DNA from: the human T2T-CHM13v2.0 reference genome, Homo sapiens
DNA: 64,000 bases
NCBI RefSeq assembly: GCF_009914755.1
Contig: NC_060931.1
Strand: one strand, 5' to 3'
Every line of letters begins with the position of its first letter. The first letter of the stretch is position 1. Positions 38,892 through 53,368 of this stretch are shown here, piece by piece. Under the pieces are notes generated by a model. The model was given only the letters and a program-made list of their open reading frames with translations, was not told the DNA's origin and searched no databases. The position numbers and the translations under genes are program-made.

Positions 38892-40154
38892 CCATTAAAT
38901 CTAAAAATGGAGACAACAGGAATAATTGTATAGAAAAACATAAACTACCAAAAATAGTTCAAGAAGAAAATTTTCAGAAACTGTAATCGAACTATAACAT
39001 TAAAGAAATCAAATCATTCATCAAGATCTACCCAGAGGAAAGTGCTAGACCTTAGCATATCCTGCGGAATAAATATACATTTATACAAAATGTTTTAAAG
39101 CTACTCAGTTCATTTTGTGAAGGCAGAATAACCTTAATGTCAAAATCAGACAAAGCCAGAAATAGGAAAAAATATAAGCTAATAGCACACATTCATTTGT
39201 ACATTAATTCATTCATTTATATACACTAACTCATTCTCTCAAATTCACTACTTCATTAAAGAAATATTCTGCTCAAGTTACTTAGGTCAGAGCAGTGAAT
39301 AAAATAAAGTTCTGCTCTCACTGAATTTATATTTTCTTGTATACTCATAAAAAGGACAAACTAGGCTTATGTGTATCACCAAGACTGAATCTCAGAAACA
39401 TAAATGTAAGGGAAAAACGTAGAACTTGATGTGTTAACTATATAATGCTACCATTTGTGTAGCTCTTAAAATGCACATAAAACAATTTGATAATCATACA
39501 TGGTGTATCATATAAAATATGTGAATGGAATAAATACAGATCAACTTCAGAATATTAGTCACCTCAGGAAATAGAAGAATGGTCATGGGATGGAAGGAAG
39601 CTTCTACTCTAACTGTAGTATCTTGTTTCTTTAAAAAAAATTTAGAAGAGGGAAATCTGGATTAATAATGAAACAGGAAAAATAAGTTGCCAAAATGAAA
39701 CAGTGATATAGCTTCCCTTCTCATCTCATTAGCTTAGAGTTTAAGTTACACATGTAAGATATGTTTCTATCCTTTTTACTCTAGACCACATAAATGTGTC
39801 ACTAATCTCTATCACTACACAGAAAGGAATCAAAGCTAAACAGGGAAAAATCCCTTTACCTGCTCCCTTAGAAGCTCCATTGTAATTCACACATGCTTGG
39901 CCCAGAGTTGGGCATCATTCTTAAAGTGGTGGGCTATAGAACTCAGGTACCATGCTTGGAGAGTGGCTGGGGAAAGGCCTGAAGGAGGAGCTACCTGTGT
40001 TTGTCTGTGGTGGTATCTCATTCATGAGTGGTCCCTTCCTTAACCTGAACAATGATGCCTACCTACTTGGATGGTTGCCAAGTTCTGGTTCTCTAACTTA
40101 TTCGGACCATGAATAAAACCAAAGAGCTCCAGCTACTCTATTGGAGCCCAGGTC

Positions 40155-40223
40155 AATATCAATTATTTATAAAATTGTGTTTCCAAAAATATCAATTATT
40201 TATATTTTTGGAAACACAATTTT
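40155..40223. repeat. 22-bp perfect inverted repeat interleaved with a 17-bp direct repeat
   Basis: Arms 40171-40192 and 40202-40223; direct copies 40155-40171 and 40188-40204. Confidence 0.92.
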
Positions 40224-41731
40224 CTCATCTGTATAATAAGGATACTAATACCTACTCTCAGCTCTGCTCACCCAAGTTGTTATGTGGATTAGGTAGATAT
40301 GAAAAGACTACATAAAGTATAAAATATTTATTACTGTTGCTCTTGGTAGTTCAACTTTGTTTTTAGTGAAATTTAAATGCTGTCAAAAACACATAATCCT
40401 TGAAAAAGAATATGCTTGGTAAATAAAAGTGTAAAGTAATAGGTTTATAAGAAAATTTAGAATGCATTCCCTGCAAAAAGAAAAACACACATCTTCAAAT
40501 ATTTTTCCAAAGCTTAGCTCAGCTGTAACTATAAATTTTAAATGGAAATAGTCACATCTCATTCATTTGTGTAGATTCTACTTTAGAAATATAGATCAGA
40601 AAAGGAATTAGCTAATCATTGTCTGGTTTACATCTGAGGCCATTTATCTGTACAAAGAAAACTGATTTGAACATGGATTTTTTTTCCTGTGTCAGCATTT
40701 CACAAGGTTTATAATACATACTATTGATTTTTTTAATAAAAAAAGAACATGTAAATTATTACCTGCCTTGGCATTTTTATAAAATCTATTACACTTCATT
40801 TGGTGTTTGGTGTGCTGAAATAACACACATCACAGAATGAGAGAAATTACTATTTCAAGTTTTAAGATACATCGTTGAACAGAAGCTTTACCCAGCACAC
40901 AATTCACTTATCAAATAATTTTCTTTCTTTTTTGCCTCAGATAATTCAAAAGGGTCATTTTTTCTGAAAGAAACTGTAACATACCACCAATAGATTATTA
41001 TTTTCTGAAATTCAAAATTTGTCTGTTTTCCAAATAGTTTGTGGTTGCAGCCTTTCTGTCACTGAATTATTAATTGTTAGTTTGGAAGCCTCCATTGATC
41101 ACCTTCATTAATCACCTCTCTCTTTTGCCATATATAAGAGCCAAATTATCATTAACGGGTGGGAAATGGCACTGCTTGGAATATAATATCAATATGGTTA
41201 TGTCTACCTTAAAAATCAAATATCAAAATTAAAGTACTTAAAATTTAAAATAAAACAACAATAATCAAAATAGTCATTTATTTATTCCAGACAAAAATGT
41301 AGACATTGGGCTACATAAAATATGTTTGAACCATACTTGGACCAGCACACTAATTGCATAGCCAAGTCCTTTGGGTTTTGTTGGATTCGGTTTGTTGTTG
41401 TTGTTGTTGTTGTTTGTAAAGAAACTTGAATGCAAAAGGGTGAAACTGAAGATGAATTAACACAAGCATAACCAAACATTCTCAACCTTTCATAATTCTT
41501 TATAGAAATAAATGCTTGTGAAATGCACCCCTACCTTTTGATCAACATCCTTTTTGAAGCAAAGATAATTTGGATACTTAGTTGGCCCTCAGCCAATAGC
41601 AATGTAGCAGGAGATCAGACCATCTCAGGCTTCAGCCTCTCATGACTTCTCAAATTGTGTATTTTCCCTAGCAAGCACATTAATTGTAAATCTTCCAAAA
41701 ATCATAGTAAGCTGAACTTTTTAACAATTAT

Positions 41732-41838
41732 CCAAAATAAATGTGATATAAAGATACATTTTATTGTATCTTTATAATACCAAAATAAATGTGATATAAA
41801 GATATACCAAAATAAATGTGATATAAAGATACATTTTA
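41732..41838. repeat. Three identical 25-bp copies plus a 12-bp hairpin
   Basis: CCAAAATAAATGTGATATAAAGATA at 41732, 41780, 41807; arms 41747-41758 and 41765-41776. Confidence 0.92.
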
Positions 41839-44800
41839 CTTCCTTCTCCCAGAATTTGGGTACAAGCTGTATGCTGTATCAATAAGATTCCTTCTGAGAC
41901 TGTTTAAACCAAATCATCTTATTCTATATTGTTGCTCCATCTCTGACCAAGCATTATTATTTAAATTAGTTTTCTGTGTAATGTTGATACTGGATAATAC
42001 ACTAGAATAAATGCAAGTCAAGCCAAATTGCAGAAGTGTCAGCCTGGTTCAAATAACAAAGGCTAGCAAATTGGAATTTTTAGTATTCTGACCAGAATAA
42101 TTTTTGTATACAGAGTCAGTAAGGAAGAGCATGGATTTCTATATGAAAAGTGAAAAGTTGAGATAGAAGGGATTTTAAAAGATAATACACCATTGATTTG
42201 GCTCTCCTGGCAACCTATTAAATTTTAGCTCTGGCAAAGAAATCAATTCAATGAACACGTACGTCTAAGACCTGAGTCTTGGCACATTTAGCATTATTTT
42301 CCTGATTAGTGGTTGAAATATAAATAGTACCAAAACAATATCTGCTTTGTGAGAGTTATAAAACTACCCTAAAGACTGGTCAAAAACAACAACAAATAGC
42401 TTTTCTAGTATAATCTTCCTGATTTGCTTGTTCACTTTTTAGAATCTTCTGCAGGTGATATTTTCTTTATTTGGATTGAGGTCCAGAAAGAAAGAAAAAA
42501 GTATCTCTGTGTTATATTTAGTTTTTTTAATTCACTCAGGATGTTGAGAGGGTGTGACTCAGTATTATCACAACAAATTGACCTGATAATGTAGACATTT
42601 TGAATGATCAACTTAATAGAATTTTAAGATTTGGCCCAAGGTTATGAAATTTGGATTGCCTGACATGACTAGTTTCTAGTGTTTGCATTGTCTTCCAAGG
42701 CCCCAGCTGGTCCATGGAATGCTTTTTCAAAGCTAGTTTCCTGCTTATTTCTTCATGAACTCAATATCCTTCCCTGAGCATCCCTGAGCACCAAAACAAA
42801 ACTTTAGTTTTGAGTTTTAGACAGCAAGGAAACTGATTATCTCCTCTTGTGTTAAAGAGACTACACACATGTGATAACATGACTAAAGATCTTTGTGGTG
42901 GTCCAAAAGAAGCACCTCCTAGTGACTGCGAAATGTTCACAAGGGTGGTGTCTTTGGGGCCTTGTAGTATGTGGGCAGCGTCCCTTCTAAGATTTCAAGA
43001 TGCTTTTCAGCTCACTAAAGAAAAGACACATTTGATCTCTGATAAGATTTTAATCAATGTAAATATTGGACTTCATAAAAGAATTGTACTTATAAGAGAA
43101 TTTGACTGCTAAAAAACAATTAAAAGTCAATCATACAGTACTCCCCATTCCTTTCAGAAATAAGGAAACTGAGACCAAAGTGGGTGAGATTATTTGCCCT
43201 ACATCATGTAGTGTAATAGAAATAGAACTTGGACTGAAAACCAAGGTTTTTGAGAGTGAAGGAAAGGGGCAAACCAGTCAGGAATTCTGAGAGGCTTCCT
43301 GAAGGAGGTGAATGGAGTAAGATACTGAAGTGAGTGGACAAAGAATCCATGTTGCAACAGAGTGACTGGCATCAGCAGACTGGGAGAAGAGAAAAAGGAT
43401 GGTGTGTATGGAACTACAAGCAGTTCAGTGCTGCTAGGAACAATGGCTGATACTTTTTGTTCTTAAACAAGCAAACAAACAAACAAACGCTTAGTCATTA
43501 TATTGTTTTTGAAGAATGTCTAATTAGGATAATACTTATTATTTGGCCACTTATTCCAAGCCTAATGATCTTCAAATATATATTAATCTCTTTATTCAGC
43601 AATATTTATTGCCTGCCTCCTATGTGCCACATACTGTGCTAGGTGGACTAGATATACAATGGTGAGAAAAGCAGTTTATGGCCCAAATCCTCAAGAAGCT
43701 TACGTGGTAATAGGCAATTTAATCATGTAAGTAGACATTTAATTAGAAGGCACCATGACAAAGTTAGCTCTTAGAATAGGGAAATATAGAGTGCTATGAA
43801 GACATAAAGAAGTATCTTATATAGCCTGGGGGAGGGGACAAAGTAGGTATTTTTGAAGAAAAAAAGTTCTAAACTGAGATCTGCAAGTGAATGCAGGGGG
43901 ACAAGAGGGAAGGGGAGAGTTGGACATCCAAATGAAACCAGGATAAAGCTGAAATTCAATATCATAGACTTACAAAAGTGACAGTAGTACAGTGTGGCTT
44001 GTAATAGAATTGAAAGTAGAAATGAGGAGAGACAGGTCAGAGAGGCGATGAAGGGAAACATGGGCCAGTGAATTTCAACCAGAGAGTGCTCCCACTGGCA
44101 CCACCACCAGGGAAGCCCTACAGAATGCCCTACAGGAGTGCAGTGGGTGAATGGAGGTGCAGGAAATGACTCTGAACCAAATCCATACCTTGTCTTGGCT
44201 TCTCTCTACCACTCAGCTTTTTTTTTTTAATTTTTATTTCTTTCTCACCACATTCTTGCTTCCTTTGCATCTCAAATATATGATAAAATATGCCTGCCAA
44301 CACCCTTTTCATTTATGCATTAACAATCAGTTGTTACAGGGACAAATAGGCTGAGTTCTCTTTTTTTTAGTTTCAGTGTCCTAGGCAGGAACGTGACATA
44401 GTCAGATGAGCATACCTGAACTTTTAAATGTGGTTGGAGGGAATGTGCAACCTGCTATAGTAGACAGCTTCCACAGACACTGCACAATTATATTATGAGA
44501 GAGGTGAGTTCATAGAAGCAGGAATGGTGAGAAGATTTCCAAGTATGAGAAAGGGTTCTGGACAGAAAAAGTTATGGGTGTTCACTTCATTGACACACAA
44601 GATTGTAATGACTGAAAGGTAATGGATGTAAAATCAAAGGGCATAGTGACCTGCAGGTGTTGCTCAGTGAGTTACTGTTGTTGAATTGATTTTAGTCTCT
44701 TGAAAAGTGTAAAGTACTCACAAGGACCCCTTGTTTTGTCTTACTACGGCCATGACTACCTCCACTCAGCCCCCAGGCACACTCACTTTTCTGGGAGGTA

Positions 44801-46747
44801 CAACTACTCCAACAGTTTATTGTCCTAATACTGGCTCTGTCAAATTGATCAAAGCTTGAGCAATTAGTCCCATACCTGGAACTCCTCCAATTGGAACAGA
44901 AACAGAAAGCGGGTGCACAGAGTAGCTTCAGTTTAAACACGACATGGGAGCTATTGGTAGATAATGTTTCCAGTGAGGATAAAGGCACATAGAAAAGCAA
45001 CTTGTAACCTGGAAGACAAATGAAGGAGACTCAGAAAAAGAAACCAATGAGCTCCAGAACATAGTTCTGTGCCTGAAATCCAGCTGCCACTCAGTCCTTG
45101 GAGTCCATAAGATACTCCAGTGCTTTGTCACTAAGGTTGAGTTGCTGTTCAATTACTTGCAATCAAATCTGTCATTACAAATACTCCCTGCCCAGAAACC
45201 TTATGACATTTTGATCTACTCAAATTCCCTAACATTTATGAAAAAGTTGTATACATCATCACTGTGAAGACTTATAATCAACATGCTAAACCTAGTAGAA
45301 TGACCACAGGTAGAACCCTAAACGATATCAGAGTTTTGCATAAAAATTGTTAACTATTCTAGATCTTGGATTTTTAACTGTATAAGATTATATAGTGTGT
45401 CCACCACCCATCGAGGTTTTTATACATTGAAAGATTTCCTCTCTAGCCCTATAAAGCGGAGGAAGTAAGAAGGGGAACCAAGTCATATCGCTTTCACACC
45501 TTTACCTAGTAAATTATCAGAGATCAGTTTGAAAGACAGCCCTTCTGTGACACTGTTATGGGAAACTGAATCATTTCTGCCCCTTTTTCCTTGAATGCCC
45601 TTGAGGGCCATACACAAAATAAGGGGATCTGTAACTTAGGCTTTCATCTCTGGAGAACAGTTTTACCTGACTCTAGCACAAAACAGAAGGTGGGAGGAGA
45701 AGGCATTTCTCCTCTTAAGGCTTCAGATGAAGAGAAATGAAACAAATCCAGTATTTAAGAAAGACTTGGAGATCACATTAAAGAAAGAAAAATAATTGGA
45801 GACAGTCAATCAAAAAGCATCTAATATGTGCCATCTTCATGTGGCACTGGGCAGGGTGCCTGACAAAGCAAACTGAGCCAAGGCGGTTCTTAACTTTAAG
45901 TTGTATAATCTAAAATTAAGCTTCAACATTATATGCAGGGCTTTGGGGCAACATGACACAAGATATTTTTATTTCTAACAAGTTCTGAAATTCTTTTTAC
46001 TTCATGTGCCATTTTTCAAAAGCAATCCAGAGTTTTGTTTTTTTTTTTTTTGAGGTCGTTTATTGCTATCCCGTAATTGTTTATACAGAAATTCCTATAA
46101 TTTTAAATTGTTACTGGGAAATACACTTAAAGAATGTTAGAAACCTGCCATTTTAATCGAAGAAATATATTTGGAAAGAAAACATCTCCTCAGACCATTA
46201 CAGCATACTGTTCGCTTAGATCATAATGACTATATTTTAATCAGGTACCCATAAATATTACAATATTGAGAAAAGGCCTGGGTTCTAATCCTGACTCCTT
46301 CATTAATTATCTGGAAGGGTTAGAGACATCTCTATTATTTTTGTACTCATATATCCTCATTTGAAAATGGCTAAGGCACTGTTAAATAATATTATATTCC
46401 AAAACATAATAAATATTTTTCACATTCACATAATTTCCATATTAGTGATTCACATTCTTTACATTGTTTATACAAAAAAATCTCTCTTTTGTATAGAGGG
46501 TTTATGCAACTGAAGGAAATCTGGAAACTCTAGCTATAGGTCCAACACTGGTACTAATATTCATGAGTTATAACAAGAATAACTCATTATAAGGGCATAT
46601 TGTCCTATTTTTATGTGATATATGCAGTATTAGCTAAAACCATGGACTGTGTTTAAAAATTATTGTGTTGTAAGTGGTCCTTGCATAAGAGAGCATTATG
46701 GAAATAGAATGATTGAATATTTATAGTGATTTTCCAGGTGGTGCATT

Positions 46748-46787
46748 GTGTGTGTGTGTGTGTGTGTGTATGTGTGTATGTATGTGT
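46748..46787. repeat. (TG)n/(TATG)n microsatellite
   Basis: Seen directly. Confidence 0.9.
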
Positions 46788-48160
46788 TTTATTTTCAATT
46801 TATTGAAACATATTATTTCAAGATATATATAATAAACATATTATTCTTAAAATAAGGGACATGTAAATTTTAAAAGAATACTGTTCAGTTAGAATTAACC
46901 AAACTATTGGATTCATTAATGCTCTTCCTTCCACCCATAACACATGGACTGCCCAAGGGCTGCCCAGTCACTGACAGGCTACTCCATAGGAGACTCAGGC
47001 ACTTCTGCTTCCAACCCTCTCCTTGAGTGGTGTTGCTTACCAGAGTCAAAATCAGTTGTGTCTGCTTCTTTACCTGTGAAAGTCACTTGTACTTGTCATG
47101 ATAATTATGCAAATTAATTAACATTATATTAAAAAGTGATGAGATGTGATTATGAAAATAGAGTCATTTCTTTAAACGTTTCAGAAAGATTTGATTTTTA
47201 AAATGTTAAGTTAGATGTAAGAAAACTATAAAATGTTATGATAAAAAGTTAAAAATGCTTATGTTTTTAGATTGCTTTATTAAGTGTTAAGTTCTTAACT
47301 TTAATGAAACTCAAATTGGAAATGTAAATGATATGTTATAGGTGTGTGGTTTATGCAAAAAAGAAGGTAAGGACCTTCATTCAGGAAATAGAACTCATGT
47401 TATTGGCCTCATCCCAAAAGCTTGGTGAATAAATGAACATTTATATATTTTAGATTAAAATAAGTATTTAAGGTATATATTAAGTTTTCAATGATTCCTT
47501 ACTTTCACTGCTTTTTAATTCTGTAACCAAATACAGATTCTAATCGAGTTAGATAAGAGAATTCCAATTATAACTATTTATTTACGAGCCTGGGTGTTAA
47601 TCATCCTGTGGCCCCTTTCCTACTATCTCTTATACTTGAATTTCAAACCCTTTCCTGCCAAATATTTATTTTACAATCAACTGTACATAGATACCCTTTG
47701 AACTTAAAACCTGAAAGAAAACAGTCTGAAAACAATTATCTTAGAAGTTCCCATAACAAATCAGCCTTTAATCCTGACTATTATTCTAGGCACTTTTATT
47801 TGTATAGGGAATTCCTTTTTTGGTCAATTCTATACATTCACCCAGGTTTGTGGCCCCATGCAGAGTCTAGGATTATTACTCTGGTTTATAGCTTTAGAAA
47901 ATTTTATAAAACCACAACAACACAATGTCTTCACCAAATTATGTAAAGTGTTACTATTTCCCATAATGGTTTGTGGGAAAAAAAAAGTATACATACATAT
48001 AACTATTTAAGCACTTACTAATTTAGCAAATATTTATCTGCTATCTGTTATGCAAAAAACAGTGAGGTATACTTGCATATTTACAAAAATAGAGCTATTC
48101 TATAAGGAAGCTTGATATGTCTATTGTCCTAGCTCTAGGAAATATTTATTTTGATGATTT

Positions 48161-48469
<309 letters not shown>

Positions 48470-48649
48470 TGATAATTTTAAACCAATAGGTATGAAATAG
48501 ACTATGTAAAAAGGGAAGTGAAATCTAATGGTACAGCTTAGAAAAATCCTCAGATAAAAGAATTTTTCCCAGAAAAACAAAAAAAAATGATTTAATTTTT
48601 AAAAGATGGCTAAGAAAGACAAAAAGAAAATCAAAACGCCAAGGGAAAT

Positions 48650-48915
48650 TCTCAGGATTTAGGTTAAAGGTTGTTTTAATCTACAGTTAATATCTCGAAA
48701 ATTCTTCAGGATTTTCTACTAACATTGGTACATTGAAACAATACCTGACATATTTTCTCACTATATGTCTTCAACAATGCATGGTTGCTAATGACAGCAT
48801 TTGCTCATGAGCCTTCCCTGCAGGAGAGATAAAGCCTCTGGGGTGAAGAATTTTCTACAACAGCAGACCTGCCATAGCTGATCTGTCAGGGTGAGTCAGA
48901 CAGGCATTCTGCTCC
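48650..48915 (-). other. Candidate terminal exon of the upstream minus-strand gene
   Basis: Long pyrimidine tract ending TCATCCTTAG|GGAGCAG at 48915; ATTAAA at 48680-48675. Confidence 0.45.
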
Positions 48916-51514
48916 CTAAGGATGACAAGAAAACAAATAAAAATAAAAGAAAATGCAAACATTTTCATAAAAGGCATTTGGCAAATTAGTAGCTGCCCTA
49001 AGGAATTCAAAGCAAGGGCAGAAACTATTAGCACTTCATTCACAAAAATCTTTTGATTTCAATATTTCAAACAGATAAATTAAACCATGTATTATGTCTT
49101 CTGATAGTTCAACTGCACAAATACATATTGTGGAAACTTGGCCAACATTACAATGATTTCATTCACATGCAGCTCATGCTCATTTTTCATTTTTTTGATA
49201 CAAATATTTGTCAATTTCTACTACTGCAAGGCACAGTGCTAGGCACTGGGGAATGCAATGATGAGCAGAAACCAACAAGGACTGTATCTCCATCCTGCGG
49301 AGCCCACGCAGTTTAATGAGGATGGGGAGGCAGGCATAGTAATTAAAAGTTCCTATAAGCACATGAGGAATTGCAGTGGGCACAGATTTGAAGGAGAGAT
49401 ATGTGGTGCCTAGAATCTATGATTGTAGTATTTTAACTAAACCAGAAATTGAAAACAACTTCTATAAAGAAGTTCTGAAGGACCCTTAGATATTAACTAA
49501 GCAGGGAGGGAAAAAGTTATTGTGAGCAGAGGAAACACCCATGTCCTAAGGCATGGTGGCTGGAAAGGGTATGATCAGTTGAGGGGGCTGAAAAGAGGCC
49601 ATTGTGGCTAACACAGAGAGTGCCAAGGCACTGTGGCATGAATGGCACTGAAGACATGGGGGATCCACATCCTAAAGGGCCTCAGAGGCATGATACAGAG
49701 TTCTGTCTCTACCCTGAGAGAGAAATAAAGTCAATGAAGCATTTAAAGGGCATGTTTCTGCATGTGGGGGTGTCACGCTGTCTGAGAGACATGACATGAT
49801 CAGATTTGTTTTTATTCTCTATTTAATCGTCTCTTAATTTTACCAACAGACAGCTATCCTGTTAACAGTTTCTGTACATGGTAAGAGTAACTGGGGTTGA
49901 ATATAAAGTGGTTTTACATCTAGACTGTGGAAAGTACAAATAAGTCTACATAAAAAAACACAAGTTTTGCATTTTTTTATGTAAGACAATGCAACTGAAT
50001 GGCTTTTTAAAATGTATAATTTGTATTCAGAGATAGTATAATTTGCTATTCTTAACATGAAGAGAATCAAGGAAAACCGCCTTCCTATTAAAACCAATTA
50101 AATATTTGAATCACCTTTAAGCATGTACATTACACTCTTGCTCCTGATCAATATAATGAGTAAAATATTCTGTACCCGCCAGTATTAGTTACATGCAAAG
50201 AAGAATAGTGTCCCCCTTTTTTCCCGGGAACTTAGGAATAGTAAATGCACAAGAGGTTAGAAATATAAGAATTCTGAATATATTCTGGGTATAGCAGGCT
50301 GAATAATGCACTGAGTAATAACATATAGAATGACAATAACAATAACTTGCTGTTATGAGTGACTTTAGCAATAAAAAGAAATCAACTCATAGAATATTAT
50401 CATTTCAAGTCAATCTAGTAATATAGTAATATACCTATAGAATTAGGGACAAAATTATACATGTCATAACATTCCAGTTTTTAACTGATTGAGTGCATGT
50501 TATGTGCTAGGTGTTTCCAACATTTCATATTATCTTTGTGAGCTAGTTGTTTGCAGGAGGGGAACTCACAGAGCTTGAAGCCCAGACCTGCTGAAGCCTG
50601 AGTGTGAGTAATAGAACCTCACTTCATCCCACCTCTATGTAAACACTCGAGAAGGTGCTAATTTTGTTTTGCAGTAGTTATTTGCACCTAGTGAGGAAGC
50701 AGGCATGTAGCCAGAATTTCCAGAACAGCCTAGCTGATGCCATGAGGAAAAAAAAAAAAAAAAAAAAAAAACTAGAGAAAGGCAAAGGAAGCTTCTCCTA
50801 CCTGATGGTGTTCTTGCTCAATTTAGGCAGTATCATCTGAAGCTACGTAATTTCACAGCAATGCTAAGGTCATATGAGAAGTCACAACTGCCTCTGAAAC
50901 CTCACTGTGCTAACTCCTGTTTTACGTGTCTGTTCTCTGTTTTTTCTGCCTCTCTAAGTTTCCTAACCATTTGCCATTAAAATCTTATATCTTTCTGTTG
51001 ACTGCATTCCCATCCCATTGTGACAATATAGAAAGTATTACACTCATTTTATAAAGACACTGAAGCCCTAAGCATAACAGTCACTCCTCCAAATTAACCA
51101 GCAATAATAATGAGGTTATAATAAACACAACTATGCCCTTTGCATATGAAACTGTTAGGAAAGGGCAAAACACTGAAGACACACTTACAGGGTGAAGAGA
51201 AACAAAAACCAATTCTATAAATGTGTAATCTTGACACTGTGTGGAGAAAATTTAGGTTGTTTCTTTTGATGTTACACAAGAAAATCATATGAGATAATAT
51301 GAACATGTTTATTTTACCATCAAATAAGCTCTATGAATACAGGAAATGTGTCTATTTCATTCACCTATTTAAAGCCAGCGTCCAGCAGACCCTGTGTGTC
51401 ATAGCCACTTAATCAATACTTAAATTTTTAAATTTTCAAATGCCTATTGATTTAAATTATTTCATTACTTCATTAAGGTGAAAAAAATGTAGTTTGGTTA
51501 TTTGAGGAACATAA

Positions 51515-51885
51515 GTGATGTTTCTGTGAGGGTGTTTTGGATGAGACTGAAATTTAAATTGATGGACTTTGATCAAAGCAGATTGCTGTCTGTGGGTGGG
51601 CCCCATCCAATCAGTTGAAGGTCTAAATAGAACAAAAGACTGCCCTTCCCAAGCAAGAGAGGATTCTGCCAGCAGACTGCCTTTAGATTTCAACTACAAT
51701 ACCAGCTCTTCTCTAGACCTCCTTCCTGTTGGCCACCTGCTGCAGGTTTTGAACTTGCCAGCCTCTATAATTTATTGAGCCAATTTTTCAAAGTAAATTT
51801 CTCTCTCTTTCTACACACACATGCACACACACACACATACACAGCCTATTGGTTCTGTTTCTCTGGAGAACCCTGACATAATACA
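51515..51885 (+). mobile_element. MLT2 LTR fragment
   Basis: TCTGTGAGGGTGTTTTGGATGAGA...CTATTGGTTCTGTTTCTCTGGAGAACCCTGAC. Confidence 0.75.
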
Positions 51886-52190
51886 ATTAGTATTAGCATA
51901 ACTTTTTAAGGATATGGGTATTTCAGTGTAAACAATCTTAAATGATATACAGACTATTAAGATGAGGTGGAAAGAACATGAAGTAGAAAAGTCACAGGGC
52001 CAGGTCCAAGATTTCTCTATTTATTTATTCATTCACTTCTTTATTCATTATATACTTTCTGAGCATCTATGATAACCCCAGACACTGTTCCAGGAGCTGA
52101 GGGTACAGTGGAGAAGGACATTGACCAGCTCTTTCCTCTTATGCTTATTTAAAACTAGTGGAATAGATGAGCAATATATAAGTCAACAAT

Positions 52191-52736
52191 TGTATTAGTC
52201 AGAGTTCTCTAGAGAGACAGAACTAATAGGATATATTTATATATGAAGAGGAGTTTATTAAGGAATATTTACTCACACAATCACAAGGTAAAGTCCCACA
52301 ATAGGCCCTCTGCAAGCTGAGGAGCAAGGAAGCCAGTCCGAGTCCCAAAACCTCAAAAATAGGGAAGCTAACAGTGGAGCCTTCAGTCTGAGGCCAAAGG
52401 CCCAAGAGCCCCTGGCAAACCACTGGTGTAAGTCCAAGAGTCCAAAAGCTAAAGAACTTGAAGTCTGATGTTCAAGGGCAGGAAGCATCCAGCACAGGAG
52501 AAAGATGAAAGCTGGAAGACTCAGCAAGTCAAGTCCTTTCAACTTCTGCCTGCTTTATTCTAGCCATGCTGGCAGCTGATTAGCTGGTGCCCTTCCAGTT
52601 TGAGGGTGGGTCGGCCTCTCCCAGTCCACGAACTCAAATGTTAATCTCCTTTGGCAACACCCTTACAGACACACCCAGGATCAATACTTTTCATCCTTCA
52701 ATCCAATCAAGTTGATACTCAATATTAACCATCACA
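52191..52736 (-). mobile_element. MLT2A-like LTR inserted in an L2
   Basis: TGTATTAGTCAGAGTTCTCTAGAG...CAATATTAACCATCACA. Confidence 0.85.
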
Positions 52737-53368
52737 AGTAAACAGACAAGTTACTTTCAGAAAGTAAAGAAAAAATAAAACAGGCAGATACGATACAGAA
52801 TTATTTAGATTGGGTAATCACGGAAGGCTTCTCCAAAGAGGTGACTTTTGAGTAGAAAGATGACTAGAAATAAGAAGCCAACCATGCCAAGATCTGGAGT
52901 CAGAGCATTTCAGGCAGAGGAAACAGCAAGTACTAAGGCCTAGAGGCAGGAGAGTATTTGCCCAGAGTACTTGAGACAAATTCCTTGGCCTCTCTGAGCC
53001 ATGGTTCCTCATCTGTAAATTAATGGTGATGAGACATACTTTAAGAGTTGTTGTCAGAATGAGATAATGTTTATAAGGTCTGAAGCACAACTATGGCCTA
53101 TAACAGAAACTTGAGAAATGGTCATTATTAAGGGAGTGTAGCAGAAAGGTATAATTTAAATTGGGAATAGGGGAGCATACAGAAATGACTTTGAAGGAAA
53201 TTTGAACTAAACTCTGAAGGATGAACCAGAGGAACCAGAGACTGTCAGATGGTGAAGGAGGAGAATATTCTAAGCAACATTAACAACACACATGTACACC
53301 GTGCACGCACACACATGCGTGGTCATACACACACACACATCACACATATCCTTACTTCACTGTGGTTT

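Noticed and set aside
41732-41838. CRISPR-like repeat-spacer appearance
   Set aside because: Eukaryotic DNA; spacers are 23 and 2 bp and derive from the repeat itself; no cas genes
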